Shown: positions 45,101 to 54,717 of the stretch, piece after piece | How the letters are laid out: each line of letters opens with the position of its first letter | Numbering within the stretch: the first letter of the stretch is position 1 | Source: Corallochytrium limacisporum Hawaii | Lineage: Eukaryota > Protista > Pluriformea | DNA: 64,000 nt | NCBI GenBank assembly: GCA_002811645.1 | Contig: PDIP01000015.1 | Location: forward strand, 1-64,000 | Reading direction: 5' to 3' | Made by a program: the position numbers and the translations under genes | The notes under the pieces: model-generated | What the model was told of the DNA's origin: nothing | What the model saw: the letters and a program-made list of their open reading frames with translations, nothing else | The model's database searches: none

Positions 45101-46762
45101 GGCAATCTGCAGCTGACCGCAAGTGTTTTGTGCGCCATTGGCACCGGTCTACGCGAACTTGGCGGTGTTGCCATTATATACGTGAATCCGGCCCTCGATG
45201 CCGCACTGACATTTATGGACGCCAAGTTTGACTCGGTTCATTGTGCCGGTGATAAGCACAAAGAGCAAACACAGAAGAAGGCACGATACTCTAGTGCCAT
45301 TCCTGCCACAAGCAACAGCCATGATCTCACCATGCTGGCCACCGCTGCCATGACTTGTCTGCGCAACATCATCGCCAGTGGTAGTAAGATGCTGGGGACT
45401 GCTCTGCCCCGCATTATTGCGGTGGTGACTGACAGTTGTCTCAATGCGGAGGCCGATTTACTCTCCGCCTCCAATGCCGACGAAAAGGGACTCATTCAGC
45501 GTGGCCAGGGATTGCGTGATCTCTTGGTCTCCACAGTGCCTATTCGTCAGTTGTTGCCCGCACTGAGATCCTGCGTGCAGTCAACCGTCGACGCGACTTA
45601 TGTTGATATTGAATACGATAACAGCGAGCGGACACTGGATGCACACTACCTGCACCGCGATTTGGGCCTAGTGATGCGCATGCTTGCTTCCATTGTGAAC
45701 ACACGCCTGAAGGTGAAGGAGGTTCTCGATGCGGAGAGTGACCTGCTTGGAATGGTATCTAGTGTCCTAGAAACGGAGATTACCATGTTGGTCGTGGCCC
45801 AGTACTATGAGTCTGCTGCACGCATTGAGCGTGCTGCCATCGATGCCCTGCTCGAGATCACCTTGAAGCAGAACAATACTTCCTTCAAGCCGTTCTTCCA
45901 AGCCTTCCTAGATTGGGGCTACAATGCCGAAGTCACGGCCAGCGAAGACGATGAATATGAGCCCAGGATCCTTCTTGCACGCCGGCGAGTGACTCACAGG
46001 GCGCTGGAAGATCTTTCCCAGCGTCTGACCTTCCTGTTCACACAGTATTTTGCCCTGGCTTGGGACGAGCTCTGCAACGACCTCGAATTTGGGGCAGACA
46101 TTGACCTTGAAGATTTGGATAGTATCGTGCCCGTGCAGAAGGGGAGAAAGCCATCCAAGAAAGAGTCCGCTAAGGGTAAGAAACGTTCCCTGGATGATGT
46201 ATTTGCAGAAGTGGAAGATGACGACGTTCAAGAACAACGTCAGGCTATGGAGCATCGCAATTCTCAGCTGATCATGCTGCGTCAACAGGTAATTGCCACG
46301 TTGCGCAGCTGTTTCGAGCACAACGGAACTGGAGCGGGCGTGAATGTGTTGTCCAAGGACCGCTTCCGCGCGGTGCTAAATCCACTGATGATGCACCTGG
46401 ACCGTCAACAGTGCGATGGCTCGAATGCGGAGATGGCATTGCGCCTCGAAGACGAAGTCGTGCCAACTGTCGTGAACTTGCTGGCGGGCTGTCACGATGA
46501 TCAGCGGCGGCAGGAAGCCACTCAGGCCTACCTTATGAAATTGCGCAGTAGTAGCACTCAGACAAGGGTAGCTGCCCTGCACATCCTGCAACGCGCTTAC
46601 GGTGCCATTGGCCAGGAGTACCTAAACCATCTGCCAGAAACGATTCCTTTCATTGCGGAGATTCTTGAAGATGACGATCCCGAGGTCGAACAGGCCGCAC
46701 AAGAAGCTGTGGCCACTGTCGAAGAGTACCTGGGGGAGAGCCTGAAGAAGTACCTCCTCTAG
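39194..46762 (+). CDS. HEATR1: HEATR1/Utp10 (SSU processome), 2522 aa, single exon
   Basis: N-terminal SSLQAQL...SLLFDQKEA, IIEYLLRRYSIH, central IFTFM...IRHDDNYTF, HIPAHRR, and C-terminal LPETIPFIAEILEDDDPEVE...EEYLGESLKKYL. Confidence 0.95.
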   Translation: MAASSLQAQLDRQAAQAGLTPQSTRQTDYPSLLFDQKEARQLDQETIRQLALNGLDEIRSSAAKYQSSYDGNQTVADVLEGLLEDQSGVVIEAMTLDEVSDLDLRIRSVLPLLGRSLLQRASQKIIEYLLRRYSIHKRLQVDVIHTVLPYLRTRVFVRLMITLQLGQKECPHYAWLVPQVCKPKTPLSMSVLAQRLNKDPTLFVTISKACQHLIRQFVPKEIVGDARQPSTDLGEMYASFLTVLGADFIAEVVQAQVTAGAGLKGKRQEAALLVAQTAIECLENASDVQKNSGARSIAIADVLRSMAHTLSIVLAQKVQIPAKALVELLGAFMQHHRVATTGQKDSAARAKGTQMLYTLVVLTQTQGVQALPVPLISDLIQTFADGSLGTQLQQAFEQKGAGADAFLTALINTVIDESSQTLQGSNGIVLTPHGLSVEQNKLLASSLHTTFASVDVPQGVLDQLVLKAIGSVIVYGEKSQIGSAILSGAHVRDPMYVDAVIAMITDKSQSKMSTKLWTVAKEVDSWRTDLKSETQMRQKITENLDALVASTARFGNEEGGLLQLLTESESNISTDINVHKLTGALHHPSVDMRRNAAETLVSVLESSKCELADRVMESCLTYIPDLLMDTSADVSRQGIALFQVLRGMKGFEAHKTEPIFTALLRYLWQSSMKTDASASQDVQAALVVLYEAYGPAEHLKETVVLFIATLCARPSSILLQKRNTLLKSLKAIKEGPECLEILVASDLRGLGSNFSAFLLESGDGFVENILSAGSSLVQIGIPSQHIESALAMLKLAAASELNKTQASKLLANSGEDNRTKGYVPLWDRLVAPRIGTMHTAHANATGQETTEVLGDFLGALVKCKTHAEVYDVMAKESRVDGALEWDLTKVFLASKAALMLVLAVDDTLTLCDCLDSLLAFQNKTILKLCAPIVGTDRIATGGDFVSGQITLLRLTLQLNRNAVARSNALLFLGASIQGMGRVAIKQHATHLGQVGLFVALNCCDESRRVRESAVEALQALARIIEAGGLVATDMKASSKSAKQSVVPGAVVPLPVLSALLATLHVAATDIATDPAHISEALARYFQQQSDDDVCRALLNSVVTCVTSQKHTYGVHQRALQLVHDLDPVMQQQMFLPFSLQNAKFLMRSLQGSMDRASPVVKKCASLCARILTRCEDGAASLTGVQKGQLVEVFDLFLRLGSNKTDEETPQAIVLRSFLTRKVGSKDVGIDDDDDAIETPSPLWTSLDTYKDRLYVRLLTLGGNINANTSLSMQEVATHTAAVLAVASLGVLEFVGRILRDHMDMLLEAINVKDTDHLSLAVRAGKGIFENLSPEQAQSDETITEGTFAKRNLEVVNTILMICAKADFADFMELLQGEGATGGLALLKDTKRKGGSAKKAGAASDDLGSLATSLQNMISNISSAIQGLLGMEGVERKKTSRKQPVTTPSGSVEISVDALEYTQQNIMIALQRVWDRVLAWRDSSATTLDLDSIPVFSAMRADVAVTCLRISRNPATQHQALNVLNTMARLQPHRVVHEVMPIFTFMSTSTIRHDDNYTFKLIKDTICSIIPAIMSGGESSAEENTERAVKQLHFDIIKVFVDAWKHIPAHRRHDLYSEVVATMGAADYLHVMIAMLLRRADTIQMRKGLSSSSEAEADGDDYSTFAHLLMHDYNAATQLQATYKLLLVPWIAPSVVRLPEDGDMYSDDDDNDEDRLGGNLHPDDLLLSNMAIGDGKRGTSMKTMLRKTNIVLFAIRRLDRADLLEGIVTLERSGGQDALEALQVEYLRLLEACLLLQASLQGLTSGDTTGSLASRILHTRADHAECLKGYKRLGRWVLELMDRVNGLMAFTTVVSVVDRLVRHSDAVIRRKALLLLNRRIEASKGQLTKTEIESLLSFFPSILYIISAGRLNAEDDGESEDEEDSEPETVINRQVAVLVCENMARFLAKKYPQDFDRGMALLLEDKVLRTGNLQLTASVLCAIGTGLRELGGVAIIYVNPALDAALTFMDAKFDSVHCAGDKHKEQTQKKARYSSAIPATSNSHDLTMLATAAMTCLRNIIASGSKMLGTALPRIIAVVTDSCLNAEADLLSASNADEKGLIQRGQGLRDLLVSTVPIRQLLPALRSCVQSTVDATYVDIEYDNSERTLDAHYLHRDLGLVMRMLASIVNTRLKVKEVLDAESDLLGMVSSVLETEITMLVVAQYYESAARIERAAIDALLEITLKQNNTSFKPFFQAFLDWGYNAEVTASEDDEYEPRILLARRRVTHRALEDLSQRLTFLFTQYFALAWDELCNDLEFGADIDLEDLDSIVPVQKGRKPSKKESAKGKKRSLDDVFAEVEDDDVQEQRQAMEHRNSQLIMLRQQVIATLRSCFEHNGTGAGVNVLSKDRFRAVLNPLMMHLDRQQCDGSNAEMALRLEDEVVPTVVNLLAGCHDDQRRQEATQAYLMKLRSSSTQTRVAALHILQRAYGAIGQEYLNHLPETIPFIAEILEDDDPEVEQAAQEAVATVEEYLGESLKKYLL

Positions 46763-46855
46763 AAATGATTGAATTGTTCTCAAACTAGATGCCACTGGAT
46801 TTGAAATCATAGTAAAGAATAGAAACAGAAGTCTGTATAGATACATCAAAACGGT

Positions 46856-47587
46856 TTACGATGAGGTCTCCGAGGCTGGATGGCCACCGGCCTTTGTGAA
46901 GTCGATGGTAATAGTCTCACGTGATGGCACGTATTGTTGGTATGAAACTCCTGCAAGGTCCATCAGGTGCCGACTGGCCCGAAAGGCTGGAACTTGATGG
47001 TACTTGTCACTGAGGTAGAATATCTTGGTGATACCAGACTGAATGATTAACTTGGCACATTCGTTGCACGGAAACATGGCCACGTACATGTGACAGCCCT
47101 TGACCTCAGCTGCATTCTTGTTTAGGATGGCGTTCATTTCCGCATGGCACACGTACGGGTACTTGGTCTCCAAAACATTGTCGCTTGAGGACTCGCGAGC
47201 CCAAGGGAGGTTGTCATCGTCGCATCCGTTGGGCATACCATTATAGCCGATGCCGACAATTCGGTGTTCCGGTGTAACAATGCATGCTCCAACCTGTGTA
47301 CTAGGATCCTTTGAACGCATAGCACTAAGGAAGGCCACTCCCATGAAGTAGTCAGCCCATGACAAGTAATCTGTACGCTTACGAACCCGACCGATTGCCT
47401 CCGCAGAAGGATGGACATTGATGTCGTCTGTGATGTCAGACTTGATACTTGCCTTAGCGGAAGGGGTAGTGACCTTCAATTTCTTTCTGGCTGCTTCCTG
47501 ATGTTCCATATTTGATGTCCTCTTTTGGCTCCCAATGCGTGTCCCAGGATCTGCACTGTCGTCCACTGAAACTGCTCCCGGAGTCAT
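46856..47587 (-). CDS. DCTD: dCMP deaminase
   Basis: [48 protein letters not shown]. The first ATG is at 47587; a downstream MEHQ start is also possible. Confidence 0.96.
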   Translation of the reverse strand: MTPGAVSVDDSADPGTRIGSQKRTSNMEHQEAARKKLKVTTPSAKASIKSDITDDINVHPSAEAIGRVRKRTDYLSWADYFMGVAFLSAMRSKDPSTQVGACIVTPEHRIVGIGYNGMPNGCDDDNLPWARESSSDNVLETKYPYVCHAEMNAILNKNAAEVKGCHMYVAMFPCNECAKLIIQSGITKIFYLSDKYHQVPAFRASRHLMDLAGVSYQQYVPSRETITIDFTKAGGHPASETSS

Positions 47588-48115
47588 GACTCTGCTTGTA
47601 CAGACAGCTGTATCTCCCAAATGTTCATTAAGGTTGTTTGACCACTGATGATGTGCTCTTGAATCCCCTGGGTCAAGTACCCTCTCTGAGGAGGTCCAAA
47701 CAGGCCCCTTTCACTCTCCCGAGCCGGCCACCCACCTCCCCTTCCACACCCCCCGGGGGGGTGTGGGGGAGCGGGGCAGCCGAAACTTTCGCGCCTGAAT
47801 GCTAGTGAGACCCAGGAACGGGTTCTGAGAATGAAAGGAGGTGAGATCCATCTACCAAACTAGACTTTTAGCTCGGAGTTCTAAATTCTGTAATGTTATG
47901 GGTTTCATGGTGAGATGAATGTCTTGATGATGGAAAAGAAAATGGATTGTGATTTGGTTGGGTTTCAAGACATGATTACTGGGGGTGAATTGTTGTCATC
48001 ATGCGAGATCGATATGGTACTGTTCGGGTCGGAATGAGGGCCTTGCCCCATGCTCCCCAATGTTCAATGTTACAGTTTGGTGTTCTGTGATATTCTTTTG
48101 AAAGGTAATTGCCCA

Positions 48116-49060
48116 TTATGCATCAGTGGTCACGCCTTTGCTGACACCGTTGGCGTACTGGAAGTCACCGCTCTTCTCATGCTCAGTAATGTCTAGAGCC
48201 ACTAGGCAGCTCTCCTTGACCACCTGCTCACTGTCGTCGATGTATTTGCGCAGCACATCCTCAGCCTCCTTTGTGGCAACGGAGCCTAGGGCCTCTGCAG
48301 CTTCGTGGCGGACCATACCGTGCTCCTCACTGTTTTCCAAAACCTTTGAAAGGCCGCTGACACTGGCAGGGTGTTGCATCTGTCCCAAAACATACGCGAC
48401 CTCATGTCTGAAAAGGGCCGAAGATGCCTTCAGCATACCCTCCACCAGAGCATGCACATCGTCCTCCTGTCCCCGATTACGCAATTCGAACATGCTTCGG
48501 TAGCGCTCAAAGAGAGACTTACTCTCATCGCACAGTAAGTCCTTCAGTTCTGCGGTAGTCATAGTCTTCTGAGCAACTGTGGGAGGCGCGGGGTCGACGC
48601 TGGAGTAGGGATTCTGGCTCAACTTGTCATCTTCCTGTACTTTCCCTTCCTTAAGCCAGCGCAGACGATCTAATGCAATCTCCACAGTTTCACTAACCTC
48701 AACTCTGGGATCTCCCTTGAAACGCACCAGAATTTCTTCGCATCCGTCGCTAGCAATGGCACCTAGTGCTTCTGCCGCTTCGTGACGGACCATGGGGTCC
48801 TGCGTCATATCCGCTAATACAATTTCTAGACAAGGAACAGCCTCAGGATCTTGCATCTGTCCTAAACAGTACGCCAGTTCGTGCTTAAGCAAAGCGCTCT
48901 CGTCACCAAAGACGGCTGCAATGGCATCAATAGCGCCCTTTCCGCCAATGTTCTTCAGAGTGAAAAGTGCCCGAAAGCGATCATTCAGAGGAGCCTTGGC
49001 ATCAGCTAGGGTCTTGCCCAGGGCAGGAATAGCAGCCTGTAGTTCATCGTTGGCAACCAT
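48116..49060 (-). CDS. DOHH: Deoxyhypusine hydroxylase
   Basis: Four HE motifs (LKHELAY, VRHEAAE, FRHEVAY, VRHEAAE) in HEAT-like repeats; SVDPAPP linker. Confidence 0.97.
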   Translation of the reverse strand: MVANDELQAAIPALGKTLADAKAPLNDRFRALFTLKNIGGKGAIDAIAAVFGDESALLKHELAYCLGQMQDPEAVPCLEIVLADMTQDPMVRHEAAEALGAIASDGCEEILVRFKGDPRVEVSETVEIALDRLRWLKEGKVQEDDKLSQNPYSSVDPAPPTVAQKTMTTAELKDLLCDESKSLFERYRSMFELRNRGQEDDVHALVEGMLKASSALFRHEVAYVLGQMQHPASVSGLSKVLENSEEHGMVRHEAAEALGSVATKEAEDVLRKYIDDSEQVVKESCLVALDITEHEKSGDFQYANGVSKGVTTDA

Positions 49061-50054
49061 TGTATGCTTCTTATTTCAGCTCCGCTACTAAAAACTACAA
49101 TAGTCCGAACAAGACTTCAACTGTATGCCTCACGCCACGATGCCTAAATGGTAGATCTGCGTTTCAAATACCGTAGTACAATTTTGAGTTTTGTGTCAAT
49201 TGAATGGTTGTGAAACTTCCTACAGTCTTTCTTCTCTCTTCTATTCGCTGCTGCCACTCTCGACGCTTTCTACTGCCCATGCCAAACCAATCCGACATGA
49301 CAGCTGGCATATAGGTGCCCAAAGGCGGGTTTCTCGACTCACCATCTGCGCGAGGTTCTGAAAGTACCGCACGGAACGATCCGCTCCCTCGGCAGGGGGG
49401 ATTTAGCCTCACCCTCCGACACACTCTCACATGGGCTCGTTCTTGCGCTCTAAGTGAGGAGGGGGCCTAATTTCCCCTCATTCCCGGTCCCTCCAGTCCC
49501 CCCTTCCCCCGGATAAAACACACAAAATTCCAAAAACACACACAAATGCGGAACTCAAATGGAGCGATAAAATCGGAAAAAATGGAAACAATGTGACCCA
49601 TGGCGAATAGTCCTCGGTGGGCTTCTTTTTGGGGAAACCAGGTGTGTCGTTGAGTTCAGTACTTTGAGTACTAGAAAACCGCAGATGTATGGTCTAGTAT
49701 TGAAAGTACAGTTACACGGGGATTTTAGTACATTTATTATGGACAGGGCAGGCCATACGGCCAATACATTAGCTGGAGCAGCGTACTCGTAGTCCACTGG
49801 CTTGTACAGACATCGCGTACCGTGGGCCTAAACGTATAGGGGTGGACTGCAATGTATTCTGAGGCAGTCAACTTCTGCCGCATATATCTCATATAATGTA
49901 GAGAGGCACACCGTGTGGAGGATGCTACTATGTCATTGCTCAATTTCATTATTGTATAAACAGCTACAAAGCAGATTGCTATTTGAAAGACTAATTAGTC
50001 ATTGAGCCGAGGTTAAGAGATTCTTCGGGTAATAATCTTCATCCAATAGTAATC

Positions 50055-50672
50055 ATGAGTGTCTCTCGCGATAGCGTTCACAAGCGCCGTAAGACCGGAG
50101 GACGCCAGGTGGCTCTCCGCAAGAAGCGTCTGTTCGAGTCTGCTCGTCAGGCGGCCAGCACTAAGATCGGTGAGAAGCGCGTGCGTCTGGTTCGTACCCG
50201 CGGTGGTAACCGCAAGTACCGCGCTCTCCGTCTGGAAACGGGTAACTTCAGCTGGGCCAGCGAGGGTGTCGCCCGCAAGAGCCGTATCATCGGTGTGGTC
50301 TACAATGCAACCAACAACGAGTTGGTGCGTACCAACACTTTGGTGAAGAACGCTATCATCCAGATTGATGCCACCCCTTTCAAGCAGTGGTACGAATCCT
50401 ACTACGGTCTGCCCCTGGGTCGCAAGAAAAACGCTGTGATCGAGGACGATCCACTGGAGAAGAAGGTTAGCAAGCACGTCGCTGCTAAGCGCAAGTCTCG
50501 TCAGGCCAACGCCAAGGTTGACCCCCATGTTGCCGACCAATTCACCGCTGGTCGTGTCTACGCTTGCATCTCCTCTCGCCCGGGACAGAGCGGTCGTTGT
50601 GACGGCTACATCCTGGAAGGCCGCGAGCTGGACTTCTACCTCAGGAAGATGCGCACCAAGAAGGGCAAATAA
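50055..50672 (+). CDS. RPS8: 40S ribosomal protein S8 (eS8)
   Basis: [56 protein letters not shown]; strong codon bias. Confidence 0.98.
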   Translation: MSVSRDSVHKRRKTGGRQVALRKKRLFESARQAASTKIGEKRVRLVRTRGGNRKYRALRLETGNFSWASEGVARKSRIIGVVYNATNNELVRTNTLVKNAIIQIDATPFKQWYESYYGLPLGRKKNAVIEDDPLEKKVSKHVAAKRKSRQANAKVDPHVADQFTAGRVYACISSRPGQSGRCDGYILEGRELDFYLRKMRTKKGK

Positions 50673-51088
50673 GCGTAACGCTTCATCTCTTTATCATAAC
50701 TTTGTTTAGGGTTATCGGGCTATTGACTTGCCACATGTCACGACTGTCTCTCTCAATGGGGTCATCTGATTGGCAAGCCAACCCAACATATTCATTCATC
50801 CATTGCATGAACTCAAACACAAACACAATCTTTTCACCTTTAGCATTCGTAGCATAACATTTCCAAACAACCTTAACTTGTCTCATGATGATCATGTACC
50901 GTGTTGGTCATGGGCAAACCTTTCTAATACGCAAATATATGCATAAGAAACACATCGTTTTATAAGAAACTGAATGAGGGCTAAGTTGCATGTACTATTG
51001 TAGGCGACATCCTCTAAAAAGTGGTATGATGACAAGGGAGTCATTCAGACAATCCATTAAATGGTCGGAAGCTCAGGTCGATGAGTGA

Positions 51089-51859
51089 TCAGTTCTCGAG
51101 AATGACCCAGACCTCGTTATGGCGCTTCCAGAACTTGAAGGGTGAGTCATAGCCTGCAAAGTAGAACGCCTTCGCGTTGAACTTAATGTCATGCTTAGAC
51201 AGGACCTCAGCCAATTCTCTGACCTTGGCATGGATTTCCTCATCATTGGCGTAGCCGCCGAACTGGTTCACGACCACCTTCATCTCTGGAGACTCCTCAA
51301 TAGAGACGTCGTTGTCGGTTGGAGTGGGCACCTTGGCACCCTCCTTCTGGTAGATGTACGGGTTATAGAATCCAACCTCTACCGTATCCTTACAGAACGG
51401 ACCGTCGCCAGCTGTGATCTTGGCACGGACAGGGGCAGTCATGTCGATCTTCTGCTTGTCACTGTTATTGCCTCCGATGTACTTGAACAGCTTCATGAAG
51501 CCATCGCGAAGGGCATGCATCACAACCTTGCCTTCCTCGGTATCGACTGCCCACTTGCCGGCCCTATAGGTACGGACCTCAAAGCCATCTATGTCTCCGT
51601 TCACCTGGTACGGAGGGCAATTCAAGCCATTGCAAAACGCAGGCTCTTTCCAAGTAGCAGTGCTCGTGGTGGTGGTGCTCGTGGTGGTGATGGTGCTACC
51701 AGGAACTACTACGGTTTCAGTGACAGTAACAGTTTCCGCGGCATAATCCTTCGTGGCGAGACCTGTGTCCGGGTAAGAATCCGGACGAGACACGCTGGCG
51801 CCCATAGCAAAAGCCACTAGGCAGGCAATGAAGAGAGGAAGAATGAAGCTCGGGCGCAT
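51089..51859 (-). CDS. Secreted SOUL/heme-binding family protein
   Basis: Signal peptide, Thr-rich linker, FCNGLNCP.Y, EVRTY, GFMKLFKYIGG.N...IDMTAPV, FGGYA, AGYDSPF...RHNEVW. Confidence 0.9.
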   Translation of the reverse strand: MRPSFILPLFIACLVAFAMGASVSRPDSYPDTGLATKDYAAETVTVTETVVVPGSTITTTSTTTTSTATWKEPAFCNGLNCPPYQVNGDIDGFEVRTYRAGKWAVDTEEGKVVMHALRDGFMKLFKYIGGNNSDKQKIDMTAPVRAKITAGDGPFCKDTVEVGFYNPYIYQKEGAKVPTPTDNDVSIEESPEMKVVVNQFGGYANDEEIHAKVRELAEVLSKHDIKFNAKAFYFAGYDSPFKFWKRHNEVWVILEN

Positions 51860-52261
51860 AATGGGACTCAGGGCTCTATTGTACGCAATGCAAGCGGACC
51901 TGATGTCGATCGGTTATCGATCGTCAAGACTTCTCCTCCTCCTGTTATATACCAATGATCTCGACAATTTCATAGAAAATCAAAGCCATGGGTATCCTCA
52001 AAGAACAGACATGCGATGACTCCTGTGGCACACTCTCACCTCATACTGACCCGCCTGCCAACTCAAGCGATTCACAGTTCAGACGCGTTCTGGGAGGGAT
52101 CCCATCAGGATCAGAGATTCCTTAGCTGACAACAAGAAAACCACCGACCCAGACCCGCCTGTTTTACGCTGTCCTTTCGACTAAGCGCTTGGTATGCAGA
52201 GGAGCTCGTTTGTGAAAAGAACACGGAAGAGAAGGGGAAAAAGAAAGGAGAAAGAAGGGGA

Positions 52262-52328
52262 GGGGGGGGGGGAGGAGGAGAGTAATGAGGGAGGGGGGGG
52301 GGGGGGGAGGAGGAGAGTAATGAGGGAG
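52262..52328. repeat. Tandem duplication of G(n)aggaggagagtaatgagggag
   Basis: Two copies with G runs of different length. Confidence 0.85.
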
Positions 52329-53169
52329 TGAGGGGCGTGTCTGACACCGTCAGGACCGTTGGTGACCAGAGCGAGCTTTTTTCTAGCCCAACCTCCCCCT
52401 CCCCCCCCTCTCGCTTCCTTTCTGTTGTTGGTCTCGCATTCGCAGAGCAGGTACCGAGTACTGGGCCTGTTCCCGGCACGTACGCCCCCGCGAGGTGGAG
52501 GGGAGGGGGCAGAAAAAGAGTCAACAATGAAGAGCCCAATATTGCTTCAAGTGCTTGCTGCACAGTCGGTGGTGAGTGGGGGAAGAGATGGAAAAAATTC
52601 TTCGGAAGAAAATGAACCACCGGACGGACACCGACTGGCTGATTTCACAGAATGGGGTGATGGGAAACTGAGACTGGTAAAGGGGAAAGATCAGCAGCCT
52701 TCTGCAAACTGGCAACCACAGGCATTCACAGTAGGGAGAAGGGGGGGGGGATATCTGATTGACGGTCTGATGCGATTGTCTGTGGGCCTGAGATCACAGA
52801 GCTGAAACCCTTACTTACAGAGAGCCCCGAAGGGTTTGGTGGTGATGTTCGTGGCTAGCAGCCTAGTGCATGCACGGCGCACCGGCTTCTAGAACTTAGT
52901 GTTCCGAAATCCTCAGTTGAAACTCTTGTGGAAACGGGTTAGGTGATTAGTGCACACATAGCACGTCGCAAGTTCTATCGGTTTCTTGTATTAGAGTAAT
53001 TAGATTGTACAAATACGTGATAACTGACGAGGGTCACTGTTGCGATCATTGCAAGCTCTGCTCAACAGAAATGTAGGCCCATCGACCGACGACCACTATA
53101 TGATCCCCCGCATACTGGGTCCTTGCGGAGCAGTTGATGTGTCCGGAACCCATGTGCTTGGCCAAACCA

Positions 53170-53817
53170 TTAGATCTTGAGAACCTTCCGGGTCTGGTCA
53201 ACCAGGCGGCCGAAAGACTTGCGCACACCGGCTGTTCCGACATCAATGGCGTCCTCAAAGCGACCAACGTGCTTCGGGAACAGAGCATTGATGTAGATGG
53301 TGTAGATCACGCCTTGGCCGGTGCAGTAGCAAAGACTGCGAACCAAATCCAGGTTCAGATAGTACGCAAGCATGTACAAGACCCTCATGATCACGAAGCT
53401 CATGCACAAGTGGTCCAGAGTATCGGAAGGCACACCAGTCGCCGTTCCGATCAGAACGGCAGCAAGGAACGGTGCCATCGCCTCATTGTTGTTCTGATGA
53501 GCGGAGTATATGCGCAAAGCAAGACCTGACCTTTCCATACCACGCGGATGTGCGTTGGTGAACTTAGACTTACCGTTGTACAGGGCAGTAAGGGAGACAA
53601 AGGGCCAGTAGCTCACGGTGACCAAGATCTGGAGAGCAAGAATACACACGAAAGGGAACAGCTCAGGGTCCACGTCGTACTTGCCCAGCTGATACTTGAG
53701 TGCGCGCACCTGAGGCAGGAATGTCTGGTACTTGTTCATCAGAACAGAAGCACCCAAACCGATGCCATAGAAGGCGGGGGTGGCGATGGACAGGAAGACA
53801 GACTCCATAAAGGTCAT
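53170..53817 (-). CDS. MAPEG family membrane protein
   Basis: NAHPR...RIYSAHQNNNE, F...RVLY..AY, RSLCY; multiple TM helices. Confidence 0.85.
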   Translation of the reverse strand: MTFMESVFLSIATPAFYGIGLGASVLMNKYQTFLPQVRALKYQLGKYDVDPELFPFVCILALQILVTVSYWPFVSLTALYNGKSKFTNAHPRGMERSGLALRIYSAHQNNNEAMAPFLAAVLIGTATGVPSDTLDHLCMSFVIMRVLYMLAYYLNLDLVRSLCYCTGQGVIYTIYINALFPKHVGRFEDAIDVGTAGVRKSFGRLVDQTRKVLKI

Positions 53818-54717
53818 GGTTGCTGACTTGTGTGACTTGTGTGTGTTCCGAATATACGAGAATCTGATGAGCCTCTACTGCGTCTTTCTGCATCGCAACT
53901 CGGAACCTTTCTCAAATACCCATAGTTTCCGAAGTGTGCTAAGACAAATTGAATAACACATACATTGCTACCTGTCCTTATCCGAACGATCTCTATCCGG
54001 TACCGAAAAGCACATGTAACACTGGAAACAAGACATGGTTTTGCAGTCCCCAAACCGCTCCTACAGACCCAACAACAAGAGGAGGTCTTGGTAGTGTTGG
54101 AATTTACATCATCGTCAACCACCACTAGTAACGATTGCCCCCTTTTCAGAACAACACGCCATCACTGCAAAACTCACGAACTTCTTTTCTCGGAAATCGT
54201 TCCAATGCGAAAACAAAGCAAACCAAGAGCCTTACCATTTGCCGCCTCTGTATTGGGTGGGGGCCGGAACCGGGCCCGCCCGAGGGTCGGGCCTCGCCAC
54301 CTGTCTCTGAACAGTAGTCCAATGGGACCGAGGGCCCCTCCTCCTTTTTCTTGCCCTATCATTTTGGCGCGCGTTTTTTCACATTGTTTCCAACCGGTAG
54401 ACGTCTGGGAAAGCGGAAGGGGCAGTACTTTGGGTACCGGTGGAGATGACGTGCCTCTCCCTCCCTGGGGGGCCTCTGTTTGGGTATCAGAGTGCCGACG
54501 AGGGGGTGGGAGGTCCCAGCAACGGTGCAAGCCGGCGGGGGGAGTAATGGGCAGGCACACACGCAAAGGGTCTTTTTCGCAGGAATTGATGAAGAATGAG
54601 GCGAGCATGCACCCAGTATGGCAGCAGTATACCACGTGAGTCACTGTATTACATGTCCATGTGTGATGATCTTATTGTTACACGAGTTTTGACCATACAA
54701 GATTAGATGAGAGCCGG

